Of a DNA stretch of 64,000 bases, positions 11,846 through 21,011 are shown one piece after another (positions within the stretch are counted from its first letter, which is position 1; every line of letters begins with the position of its first letter). The DNA is taken from assembly GCA_023205875.1 (NCBI GenBank), contig CP060755.1, positions 1,302,001 to 1,366,000 on the forward strand. Reading direction: 5' to 3'. The position numbers and the translations under genes were made by a program. The DNA comes from Chloropicon primus (taxonomy: Eukaryota). The notes beneath the pieces are model-generated. The model saw only the letters and a program-made list of their open reading frames with translations. It searched no databases and was not told the origin of the DNA.

Positions 11846-13220
11846 TTAGTTTTTCTTCCTCCGACGCTTCCTGCCACCCTCAGCCCTCGTCCTGGTGGGC
11901 TGTTTGGGCTTGTCTGGTCCCGGATCAGGCTTCCTCGAGTCTTCCTTGTGTCCAGAAGGTTTCCGAAGGACGTCTCTTCTCCGTGTCGGTTCCTTCCTCC
12001 TGTCCTCGCCTCCGTGGCCGGCGCCGGCCTCCCCCTCGGCACGAAAGTCTCCGTGTCGTCGCAGCTCGAACTTCTTGGAGCCTCCCTGCCGCCCTCCAGG
12101 GCTCTTGAAATCTCTCCTCCTCGGCTCTTTCCTCTTTCTCGCGTCGCCGTTGTCGTGCGCGAGGCCGGCCCCTTCCCCGCTGCCCTGGCGGTCCTCCTCC
12201 AAGTCTCCGAGGTCGAAAGACGGAACGGGCAACGATTCCGGCGCAGCCGGGGCTGGATCCTCCTCCCCCTCACCCAAGAAAAAGTCGTCCTCCTCCGCCA
12301 TGTCGTCCTCCTCCTTTGCCACGCCGTCCCAAGTCGCCGCTATGGCTGCCCCCTCATCCGCCTCGCCCACGATCGCCGCCTCCTTCAGCTTCTCCTCGAT
12401 GCTGCGCCGAATCCTTGCGATATGGGCCGCGTTCTCTTCCGTGGCCGGCAGGAGGATCGAGATGTACTTCTCGCTGTTTGGGTAGTGCTTAATGTACAAC
12501 AAGTCCCGCGACACTTTCTGAATCTCCGTGTCGACGCTCTCGCGGTCCTGTTGCGCCGAGTCGCGTACGTCAAGCGAAGAGGAAATAAGGGAGGAAAGGT
12601 AAGGATGCTGGCCAACGGTGCGTTCCGGCAGCGCCACGATTCGGCCTGCGAGCGAGCGGACAACCGGGCAGCGGCTCCCGTGCGGTGGAAAGTCGTTGCT
12701 GCCCGCCCAGTTGTGGCTTTGACAAAACTTGCTCTGGACTCACCTCCCCCTCGGCTGTGGCCAAAGACTTCCGCAGCTGCTTCAGCTTCCGAGTCAGCTT
12801 CTGTCCCTCAATAAACCGTATCCCGCGGTACCTCTTGGCATTCTTCTTCTCCCGCTCCACCCTAATGACGTCCAGCCTCTTGCTCTCCAACTCCGCCAAA
12901 GACTTCTCGAGCTTCACTCGTTTGTCCGAACCCTCCTCGAGCTAAAGAAAGCGACGCACGCGCATCGACGGAGCCGTTCACACCCGCAAGTCAGTCGCCT
13001 GGAGCCCCAAGGAAAAGCAAGTGGAAGGGCAAACAAGACCTCACAAGTCTGCAGGTGAACACCTCCCGGCGGCCGAGAATGCCGGCCGAGGTCGAGCACC
13101 GGTCGGGCACCGCAACAAGTCGGTCCAGCCCTCGGGGGGCAGAAGAGTCCTTCGGCTTACCTTGGCTATCAGACGCTTCAGCGAGCGCATGCTGTTCTTT
13201 ATCGACACCCGTTTCACCAT
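11846..13220 (-). CDS. EFG1: rRNA-processing protein EFG1, 3 exons
   Basis: Exon 1 MVKRVSIKNSMRSLKRLIAK (13220-13161); exon 2 from 12941 ...AKRYRGIRFIEGQKLTRKLKQL; exon 3 DLLYIKHYPNSEKYISIL followed by an acidic EDDFF and basic tail. Confidence 0.82.
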
Positions 13221-13393
13221 CCTGTCCCCTCCCCCTTGCTCTTCCCTCCTCGCGCGCTCACACTGCCCACTGAGAGAGAGAGAGAGAGAGAATGAAAATT
13301 AAAATTCTTTTTCTGAAAATAAACGTGTCATGCTCTCTAACGTGCCCGTGCCGTGCCGAGAGAGGCAGAGGTAGAGAAGGGGAGGAGGAAAAG

Positions 13394-13951
13394 ATGGAGA
13401 TGGGGACTCCAACGCCTCTGAGGAGGGTGAGACGGTGCCTATTTGGAGGCAACTCCTCTCCTTCGCGTTTGTGCTGGAACGTTGAGTGGAGGCGCGAGGT
13501 GGATGTGCTAGAGAGAGGGGTGGTGGGCAACTTGAAGGAAGAGCAGCTGAACCTTGGGGAGGAGCTTCGGCGCTTGAGGGAGGCCGCGCTGAAGCTCGAG
13601 CAGGTGGCCCTGAGGGAGGACTTGGTTCGATTTAACGCCACGGCGAAGGCCATGGTGAAGCGGGAGCTCAAGCAGCTGTTGGAGGAGTTCGACGAAAGGC
13701 ACAGGAGCAACTACAGGGAGCTGCAGAGCAGGATAGACGTACTCGGCAGCAGGCTCACCGCCGTTCAGGAGCAGCACCAGTTGGTGGGTGACGTCGTTGA
13801 AAGCGTGGCGGGCAAGGCGCTTCGGACAGTGGAGGGCAAGTACCACTCCTGCCTCAGCATAGTCGTGGAGCTCAGGGAGACCCTGAGTCGCGAGGAGCGG
13901 TTTTTGGATGAGGTGAGGGGCAAGCTTGAGGTTCTAGTGGCGCACGTGTAA
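13394..13951 (+). CDS. Uncharacterised coiled-coil protein (start and intron structure uncertain)
   Basis: Open frame rich in E/L/R heptads, ending GTG TAA; possible donor GTGAGA near 13427. Confidence 0.55.
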   Translation: MEMGTPTPLRRVRRCLFGGNSSPSRLCWNVEWRREVDVLERGVVGNLKEEQLNLGEELRRLREAALKLEQVALREDLVRFNATAKAMVKRELKQLLEEFDERHRSNYRELQSRIDVLGSRLTAVQEQHQLVGDVVESVAGKALRTVEGKYHSCLSIVVELRETLSREERFLDEVRGKLEVLVAHV

Positions 13952-13980
13952 CGCGGCTCGTTTTAGTTTACAAGAACTGG

Positions 13981-16215
13981 TCACTCGTCCACTCTCGAGA
14001 AGACCAGTACGGTCCGAGGCGGGCTATAGATTTGCATGGAGCAGGGCCTCCCGTTGAACCCCCCCTCCTCTGGCGTCGTGAAGTACTCCGCGTCGTGGTA
14101 AACCCTCCCCCTCCCCCCGAAGTTGTCGGCGTCAGAGTCCAGGGCGAGGGTGTACTTTCCTGGCATTCCGACGCCGATCTTGTGGCCTTCGTAGGCCTCC
14201 CTCCAGTGGAAGTTGAAGACGAAAACAAGCGCGCCCCTCTCCGCCACGATCACCTTCTTGGCCTCGTTCGCCTCAGACACCAGCTGGTGAGGGGAGCACA
14301 GAAACCGAAAGTCCTCCTCGAGCTTCTCGAGAGCGGCGTCGAAATCCAGGAGGGACTTGTACCTCAAATGGGTCGCGTCAGCCAGGTCCCAGCGGCGCCG
14401 GCACTTGTCGTAGGACCAGCCATTGCCTTCCCTCGGAAAGTCAATCCACTCGGGGTGGCCAAACTCGTTCCCCATGAAATTCAGCCAGCCCTCTCCTCCT
14501 ATCGCCATGGTTATGGTCCGGATCATCTTGTGCAGGGCGATTCCCCTCTCGATCACCTCGGAAGCTTCTTCCAGGGCGCTCATGCCGGTGTACATCTCAG
14601 CCCCCATCAGGCGAAAGGCGATCGTTTGGTCCCCAACGATGCTCTGGTCGTGGCTCTCGGAGTACGAGATGGTCTTCTCAGAGTACCTCCTGTTGCACAG
14701 GGCGGAGACCAAGTCCCCCATGGACCAATCCTCGAACGGCACGTGCTTAATGATTTGAATCCACTTGTCTGGCACCCCCATTGCTAGCCTGTAGTCGAAC
14801 CCAACCCCCCCCTCACCGACCTCCCTGCAGAGCGTGGGCATTCCCGACACATCTTCCGCCACAGATATCCCGCCGTCGACCAAATCGTGAATCAGCTTGT
14901 TCGCGAGCATCAGATAGACAACCGCGTCGACGTTTGTCGACAAGCCAAAGTACTCCTCGTAGTTCCCAGAAAAGCCCGTGTTGATTCCGTGGTGGTGGTA
15001 AAGCATGGAGGTGACGCCGTCGAACCGAAATCCATCGAAGTTGTATTCCTCAAGCCACCACCTGACGTTCGAGAGAAGATACCGAAGCACTTCCCAGTTC
15101 CTGTAGTTGAAGAGCCTGGAGTCCCACTGCTGGTGGTACCCCGCCTCCCCGGACAAAAAGTAATTGTCGTCCTCTTTCTGGCCAAAGTCGAAGCCATTCA
15201 AGCCGTCGTTCGAGTTGTTCGACGCGTGGCTGTGCACGAGGTCCATGATCACCACAATGCCCATCCCGTGGGCTTTGTCGATCAGGTACTTTAGGTCCTC
15301 TGGGTTCCCAGACCTGCTGCTCACCGCAAACGCGTTCGTCACGTGGTATCCGAAAGAAGCGTAGTAAGAGTGCTCCTGAATCGCCATCAGCTGCACCGCG
15401 TTGTAATTCGAGGCCTTGATGCGCGGCAGAATGTCGTCCGCGAATTCCTTGTACGTGGACACTCTCGGCTCCTGCCCGCTCATGCCCACGTGAGCTTCGT
15501 AGATCCTCAGAGCTGATGGGGTCGGCTTGGGCCTCGCATTCTGAAACTCGTGCCTCGCGCTCTCTGGTGGGTTCCAGAAGACCCCGTCGTACGCCGCACC
15601 AAAGGTGTTGGCGTCAACGGTGGCGTACGTGATCCACGCCGGAATCCTGTCGACCCAGTTTCCATGAGGCGTCTGGATCCTCACCTTCACCCTGGACCCG
15701 TGGGGGACGGGGCTCTCGCCTTCGTCCCCCAGGATCAACTTCCAGGTCCCAAACGCCTCGCGCTCCAGGTCCCAGCCGCTCCAGTCATTGAAGTCCCCGA
15801 TGAGCTGGACCTGCTGGGCCGCAGGAGCCCACTCCCTGTAAGCAAGCTTCCCGCCCTCCACGAAAAATCCCATGCGGTCGTACCCGGACGAGAAGGCCTC
15901 CAGGCTCCCATCGCTCTCCTCGATCGCTCTCAGCTGCTCGAGATACCTTCGGTAGCGGTACTCCAGATGGTCCTCGAACTTGCCCAACATCGGATCGATA
16001 TCGTACACTTTGAGCTTTTCGCTTCCTTCCCCTCCGGGGGTCGCCCGAGGCACCAGCCCAATCCAGCGCAGCATGATATCCTCGCTCCGGCCCCCCTTGC
16101 CCACAACTGTCGCGGTGGCCCTCCTTCTCGGGACTCTCCCACTCACCCTTGGCGAACAGCCATCCGTCACCGCTCTCGCTCTCGCTCTCGCTCTCGAAAC
16201 ACTTGCTCCCTTCAT
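13981..16215 (-). CDS. SBE1: Starch branching enzyme, SBE1 type (GH13), plastid-targeted
   Basis: R/A/S-rich transit peptide; REWAPAA, YEAHVGMS, FGYHVTN, DGFRFDGVTSM, AEDVSGMP and YSESHDQ motifs; short N-terminal region as in class I SBEs. Confidence 0.92.
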   Translation of the reverse strand: MKGASVSRARARARAVTDGCSPRVSGRVPRRRATATVVGKGGRSEDIMLRWIGLVPRATPGGEGSEKLKVYDIDPMLGKFEDHLEYRYRRYLEQLRAIEESDGSLEAFSSGYDRMGFFVEGGKLAYREWAPAAQQVQLIGDFNDWSGWDLEREAFGTWKLILGDEGESPVPHGSRVKVRIQTPHGNWVDRIPAWITYATVDANTFGAAYDGVFWNPPESARHEFQNARPKPTPSALRIYEAHVGMSGQEPRVSTYKEFADDILPRIKASNYNAVQLMAIQEHSYYASFGYHVTNAFAVSSRSGNPEDLKYLIDKAHGMGIVVIMDLVHSHASNNSNDGLNGFDFGQKEDDNYFLSGEAGYHQQWDSRLFNYRNWEVLRYLLSNVRWWLEEYNFDGFRFDGVTSMLYHHHGINTGFSGNYEEYFGLSTNVDAVVYLMLANKLIHDLVDGGISVAEDVSGMPTLCREVGEGGVGFDYRLAMGVPDKWIQIIKHVPFEDWSMGDLVSALCNRRYSEKTISYSESHDQSIVGDQTIAFRLMGAEMYTGMSALEEASEVIERGIALHKMIRTITMAIGGEGWLNFMGNEFGHPEWIDFPREGNGWSYDKCRRRWDLADATHLRYKSLLDFDAALEKLEEDFRFLCSPHQLVSEANEAKKVIVAERGALVFVFNFHWREAYEGHKIGVGMPGKYTLALDSDADNFGGRGRVYHDAEYFTTPEEGGFNGRPCSMQIYSPPRTVLVFSRVDE

Positions 16216-16464
16216 GCCAAGGCCCGCGACGTGTTCCTTGGCGGCGTCCCCAGGAATGTCCCGCTCCTCGGACCCGGCCCTCCTTCCTCTCTCCCCAAAC
16301 CTCACTCACTCGACCTCGACTTGAAGCGTCGTCGTCGTCGTCCTCGTTCACGTGCGGGGAGCTGCTCTCCCGCGCGGATGGAGCCCTTGGAAGGGAAATG
16401 GGCGGTGACGGCCCATCACTGATGGGTCCGAAGGCTTCCGAGGGGGGGTGCTTTGACACGGAGA

Positions 16465-17157
16465 ATGGCTTTTGACGAGCATCTAGGCCTGAGCTTCCGG
16501 AAGGTGAAGCCAGAGGACGAGAGGGAGTTGCACCTTCTGCACAACGAGTGCATCAAGGAGATTTCGTACCCGGCTGAGTTCTTCTTCAAAGCGACTCACG
16601 GTTGCGAGGGTATAGAGGGCTGGGTCTGCACCACCGCCACTTCGGGGGGAAGGGGCGAGAGGCTGGTCGGATTTGTGACGGTTCAGGTGGCCTCGTCAAA
16701 CCACGTGGAAGGCAAGAGCCTCGTCGACTTCATTTTTCTCAGGCCTTCCGATCATCTTTACATCCTCACGCTTGGCGTTCAGGAGAAGTACCGACACTGT
16801 GGCGTCGCCACGAGGCTGTTGGATGAAGTAAAGCGGTACACGGCGAAAGTTTCGGTCGATGCGATTTACCTGCATGCACTGGCAAGCAACCACAAGGCGA
16901 TAAAGGTGAGTGGTGGAACCCCGGTTTGGACTCCATCTTTGTGTTCCAGAGAGACTCTGACCCCCTCGCCCCTGCAGTTCTACACGAAAAACCAGTTCGT
17001 ATGCCAGAAGAGGCTCACGGGGTTTTACACGTTGAACTCTTCTGAAGTGCACGATGGCCTGCTGTTTTGCTTCTCTCCCGCCAAGGCGCTAGCCCAAGCT
17101 TCGGATCAGTGCAGCCTCCTGCCTCTCTCCCTCTTCAGGAAGCTCTTGTGGTTTTGA
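16465..17157 (+). CDS. GNAT N-acetyltransferase, NAA60/NAA50-like, 2 exons
   Basis: LYILTLGVQEKYRHCGVATRLL and AIYLHALASNHKAIK|FY motifs; intron 16906-16977; C-terminal amphipathic LSLFRKLLWF as in membrane-anchored NAA60. Confidence 0.8.
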   Translation: MAFDEHLGLSFRKVKPEDERELHLLHNECIKEISYPAEFFFKATHGCEGIEGWVCTTATSGGRGERLVGFVTVQVASSNHVEGKSLVDFIFLRPSDHLYILTLGVQEKYRHCGVATRLLDEVKRYTAKVSVDAIYLHALASNHKAIKVSGGTPVWTPSLCSRETLTPSPLQFYTKNQFVCQKRLTGFYTLNSSEVHDGLLFCFSPAKALAQASDQCSLLPLSLFRKLLWF

Positions 17158-17248
17158 TCCGGACGAGAAGAGGGCGAGAGTTCAATGGGTGTTCAGAGTA
17201 GTGTATCATAAAAAGAAATAGCAGACTTGCTTTACTGGTTACCCGAAA

Positions 17249-19279
17249 TCAACTTTTGGGGCCAATCATTCTCGTAAAAAGCTTTCTTGCCGCCCTTGTT
17301 CGGCTCAACTCCGCTTTCAACGCTCTCTTGAAGTTCAGCTGGATGTTCTTGAAAACTCGGGCGAAGAAGCCGAATACGCTCTTGATGAACAGGGCCAGTG
17401 GGGACACCCTCTGTTCTTTCGTGGGCTCATTCAAGTTGTATTGGTATTCAAGAGCTTTCCTCTCCTGCTCCGTGACACTTTGAAGCGATGCCCTTTGCTG
17501 ATGAAGAGCCTCGTCAGTTATGCTGCCCTCAATCGCTTCCTTTTCTGTCTTGGCCTGGAGGACCTCTTCCCTCAGCTGTTCGACCTCGTTGGCGTGCTTC
17601 TCTCTCAGCACAGCGAGCTCTTTGGTATGATCAGCTTTTGCGGACAAGAGGGCAGCATCAGACTGTGCTGAATTGGATTCCAAGGCCTTCTCCAGCTCCT
17701 CCCTTGAGTGCCGTTCGAGTCTCTCTTGCAGCGCAGAGAGAGCGTTCTCCTTCTCAGCGGCAAGCTGCTGCGTCAGCTCGGCCAGGGCCTTCTCCATCTC
17801 TTCCGAGGCAAAAGCCTCGAGAGACTCCTTTTGTTTCTCGAGCATCTCCGAGAGCTCAGTCGAAGTGGATTCCGAAAGGGAGATCTTCTGTTCAGCCAAG
17901 GCTCGCTCAAGCTCCTTGGCAAAATCCGCCTTCAGTGAAACCATCTGAGCATCAAGAGCGGACTGCAGCTCACTCTGGGCCTGGGTCTTCATCTCCTTCT
18001 CCAGGCTTGCGTTCGTTTCGGCTAGATTCTGCTGGTGTTCCTTTCCGAGTTGGGCCTTCTGCTCCCTCAACGCGAATTCCAACTTTGCGTCAAAGTCTTG
18101 CATCAACTTGCTCTGCTCCTTCTCCAAATCAGCCCTCAGCCTCTGTTCGAGCTCCGCTTTGAGCGTCGCGGAGAGTTCAGCCTTCCCGCCCTCGAGCTCA
18201 TCCTTCTGCTTCTCGAGGGCGGTCTCGAGGTTCTTGGTGTACTCAAGTTCGAGTTCCTTCTCCTTCTCCGCCAGTGCCTTGGCAAGCGTCTCCCCGCTCT
18301 CCTCCTCCATCGAAAGCTTCTGCTCCTCGAGGGCCCTCTCCTTGTCGCTCTCCGCAGCAGCGGCCTGCTCCGCGAGGGCGTCCCCGACCTGCTTCTTCTT
18401 CTTTTCTTCTTCCTGCCATTGTTGGTGCCTCTCCCGAGCCTTTTGCCTCATTTTCTCCTCTTCGCTCCTCTGCAGAAGGGTTCGCAAAAACGAAGCGCCA
18501 CCCCACAGTATTGACAACCCCCCAACCGCTACGGTTCCATCGACGATGGCGTCCTGGTTGTCGAAGAATCCGCCGCTATCCGGGGCGACGGCAACTCCCC
18601 CCAGGCTTTCGACGCGCGGTTGCGGCTCGGCGGGCTTGGGTTCCTCGGACGTCTGCTCCTGCACCACCTCCGCTTCCGCTGGAACCACCGGAGACTCGGC
18701 AGAGACGACGTCATCCATCGTCCCCGCCGGAGTCTGCACTGGAATCTCTGACACCTCGGGGATCTCGGGGAGTGCGGCTTCTTCCACCGAAGCGCCAGGC
18801 TCGCTCGGCGCGACTGCTTCCGCGTCGCCCCCCTCCTCGGAGACGGAGACCTCCCGGGGGGCAGCCCCCACTTCTGCGACGATGGCCTCCTCTTCCTCCT
18901 GCTTGGGCTTCATCCTCTCCATGAGAGCCTCCAACTGCTCTTCAGTTCGGGTGTCCTCCCTGAATTGCGCGCGCAGGAAGTTCGATTCCCCCTTGGCGTA
19001 ACGCTCCGCGTCGTTCTTGAGCTTGTTCGCCCTGGATCTCGCCAACATGTCTTCGACCGTCGGCGTCGCCTCCGCGTTGCGGGCGGTGCCGTAGCCCGCG
19101 AGGGTCACGAGAGCCCCCAGCAGCGGCCTCCTCCCCAACAACGCTGTCAACCTCTCCTCCACCCCCTCGATGTTCCTGATCCTTCCGTCCTTCCGCTCCG
19201 CTCTCACCGCCTTGAACCTGTCCCCGCGCCTGAGCCCCCGGCTCCCCGGCCTCCTCAGCCCCCCCGACGACGACTTCAT
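17249..19279 (-). CDS. Uncharacterised plastid protein: transit peptide, twin-arginine thylakoid signal, acidic domain, one TM helix, long coiled coil
   Basis: 676-aa ORF; GRRPLLGALVTLAGYGTARNAEA (RR, hydrophobic stretch, AxA); TM-like VAVGGLSILWGGASFLRTLL; E/K/Q/L heptads; amphipathic C-terminus. Confidence 0.75.
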   Translation of the reverse strand: MKSSSGGLRRPGSRGLRRGDRFKAVRAERKDGRIRNIEGVEERLTALLGRRPLLGALVTLAGYGTARNAEATPTVEDMLARSRANKLKNDAERYAKGESNFLRAQFREDTRTEEQLEALMERMKPKQEEEEAIVAEVGAAPREVSVSEEGGDAEAVAPSEPGASVEEAALPEIPEVSEIPVQTPAGTMDDVVSAESPVVPAEAEVVQEQTSEEPKPAEPQPRVESLGGVAVAPDSGGFFDNQDAIVDGTVAVGGLSILWGGASFLRTLLQRSEEEKMRQKARERHQQWQEEEKKKKQVGDALAEQAAAAESDKERALEEQKLSMEEESGETLAKALAEKEKELELEYTKNLETALEKQKDELEGGKAELSATLKAELEQRLRADLEKEQSKLMQDFDAKLEFALREQKAQLGKEHQQNLAETNASLEKEMKTQAQSELQSALDAQMVSLKADFAKELERALAEQKISLSESTSTELSEMLEKQKESLEAFASEEMEKALAELTQQLAAEKENALSALQERLERHSREELEKALESNSAQSDAALLSAKADHTKELAVLREKHANEVEQLREEVLQAKTEKEAIEGSITDEALHQQRASLQSVTEQERKALEYQYNLNEPTKEQRVSPLALFIKSVFGFFARVFKNIQLNFKRALKAELSRTRAARKLFTRMIGPKS

Positions 19280-19537
19280 GTCTGTCCCTCGCGAGCTCTC
19301 TCCAACTCCGTCCCCGGTCCCGTGCGCGCGCGCCTCAAGATCTTTTGAGCTCAGATCTTTGGATAGGGAAGCGCGCGAAAGGGCGGCATCAGGATCGCCC
19401 GCGGGATCGTCAAAGAGTCAGCAGTCGAGCATAGAAGAGTGGCAGGCTGAGATCGTTGATGGGCTGACAGAGGAGCTCAACGCCAGCAGGGCAAAGTATT
19501 TGGAGCTATTTCTTTCTGCAATCACACACCTATCTCA

Positions 19538-19991
19538 TCAGGAGGTCGCTGCCTTGAACTTAAACGTGTTTCTCTTCAGCCTGCTGACTTTGGGGACGCC
19601 CACGTTGGCGGAGGACGAAAGGCCAGCACCACCGCCCTTGGCTCCGATCGGCTTGTTCTTCGGTAGACCCGCTTCCCGGTTCGAGTTCTTCCTTGCGGAG
19701 AGTGGGCGGGTTCGTGGCACCTTGAAACCCTTGTAGTTGGCCTGCTTTGCCTTTTCCGTGGGCGATTCGTTTGCTCGGGCGTTGGCGTCCTCGTTGCTCG
19801 TGGCCAGGAACTCGTACTGATCGACTTTTGGTTCCGGGACGCCGGGACCCTCGTCGTCGTCGTCGTCCTCGAGCCCCCCCCCGCGCCCGTTCGAGTAGCG
19901 AGCGACGCACTCCTCCCCGTCATCTTCGGAGAGGAGAGAGCGCCCACCGGGCGAGCTCTCGTCCCTCTCCTCCTTCCCCATCCCCGCCCCG
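19538..19991 (-). pseudogene. Orphan duplicated 3' fragment of the LRR gene
   Basis: Encodes the last ~150 aa of the 21012-22952 protein (GGAGMGKEERDES...FKFKAATS), with EF changed to GL, and lacks its own 5' part. Confidence 0.8.
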
Positions 19992-20753
19992 CCCCCCAAC
20001 CGCTACGGTTCCATCGACGATGGCGTCCTGGTTGTCGAAGAATCCGCCGCTATCCGGGGCGACGGCAACTCCCCCCAGGCTTTCGACGCGCGGTTGCGGC
20101 TCGGCGGGCTTGGGTTCCTCGGACGTCTGCTCCTGCACCACCTCCGCTTCCGCTGGAACCACCGGAGACTCGGCAGAGACGACGTCATCCATCGTCCCCG
20201 CCGGAGTCTGCACTGGAATCTCTGACACCTCGGGGATCTCGGGGAGTGCGGCTTCTTCCACCGAAGCGCCAGGCTCGCTCGGCGCGACTGCTTCCGCGTC
20301 GCCCCCCTCCTCGGAGACGGAGACCTCCCGGGGGGCAGCCCCCACTTCTGCGACGATGGCCTCCTCTTCCTCCTGCTTGGGCTTCATCCTCTCCATGAGA
20401 GCCTCCAACTGCTCTTCAGTTCGGGTGTCCTCCCTGAATTGCGCGCGCAGGAAGTTCGATTCCCCCTTGGCGTAACGCTCCGCGTCGTTCTTGAGCTTGT
20501 TCGCCCTGGATCTCGCCAACATGTCTTCGACCGTCGGCGTCGCCTCCGCGTTGCGGGCGGTGCCGTAGCCCGCGAGGGTCACGAGAGCCCCCAGCAGCGG
20601 CCTCCTCCCCAACAACGCTGTCAACCTCTCCTCCACCCCCTCGATGTTCCTGATCCTTCCGTCCTTCCGCTCCGCTCTCACCGCCTTGAACCTGTCCCCG
20701 CGCCTGAGCCCCCGGCTCCCCGGCCTCCTCAGCCCCCCCGACGACGACTTCAT
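19920..20753 (-). CDS. Chimeric, truncated copy of the thylakoid protein created by the duplication (277 aa)
   Basis: Identical to the 17249-19279 protein up to DGTVAVGG, then about 23 aa read out of frame from LRR sequence; the upstream region is duplicated with it. Expression unknown. Confidence 0.55.
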   Translation of the reverse strand: MKSSSGGLRRPGSRGLRRGDRFKAVRAERKDGRIRNIEGVEERLTALLGRRPLLGALVTLAGYGTARNAEATPTVEDMLARSRANKLKNDAERYAKGESNFLRAQFREDTRTEEQLEALMERMKPKQEEEEAIVAEVGAAPREVSVSEEGGDAEAVAPSEPGASVEEAALPEIPEVSEIPVQTPAGTMDDVVSAESPVVPAEAEVVQEQTSEEPKPAEPQPRVESLGGVAVAPDSGGFFDNQDAIVDGTVAVGGRGGDGEGGEGRELARWALSPLRR

Positions 20754-21011
20754 GTCTGTCCCTCGCGAGCTCTCTCCAACTCCGTCCCCGGTCCCGTGCG
20801 CGCGCGCCTCAAGATCTTTTGAGCTCAGATCTTTGGATAGGGAAGCGCGCGAAAGGGCGGCATCAGGATCGCCCGCGGGATCGTCAAAGAGTCAGCAGTC
20901 GAGCATAGAAGAGTGGCAGGCTGAGATCGTTGATGGGCTGACAGAGGAGCTCAACGCCAGCAGGGCAAAGTATTTGGAGCTATTTCTTTCTGCAATCACA
21001 CACCTATCTCA

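Noticed and set aside
19170..19736. 188-aa plus-strand ORF, duplicated at 20644-21210
   Set aside because: Mostly antisense to the two real minus-strand genes; its repetition simply reflects the tandem duplication.
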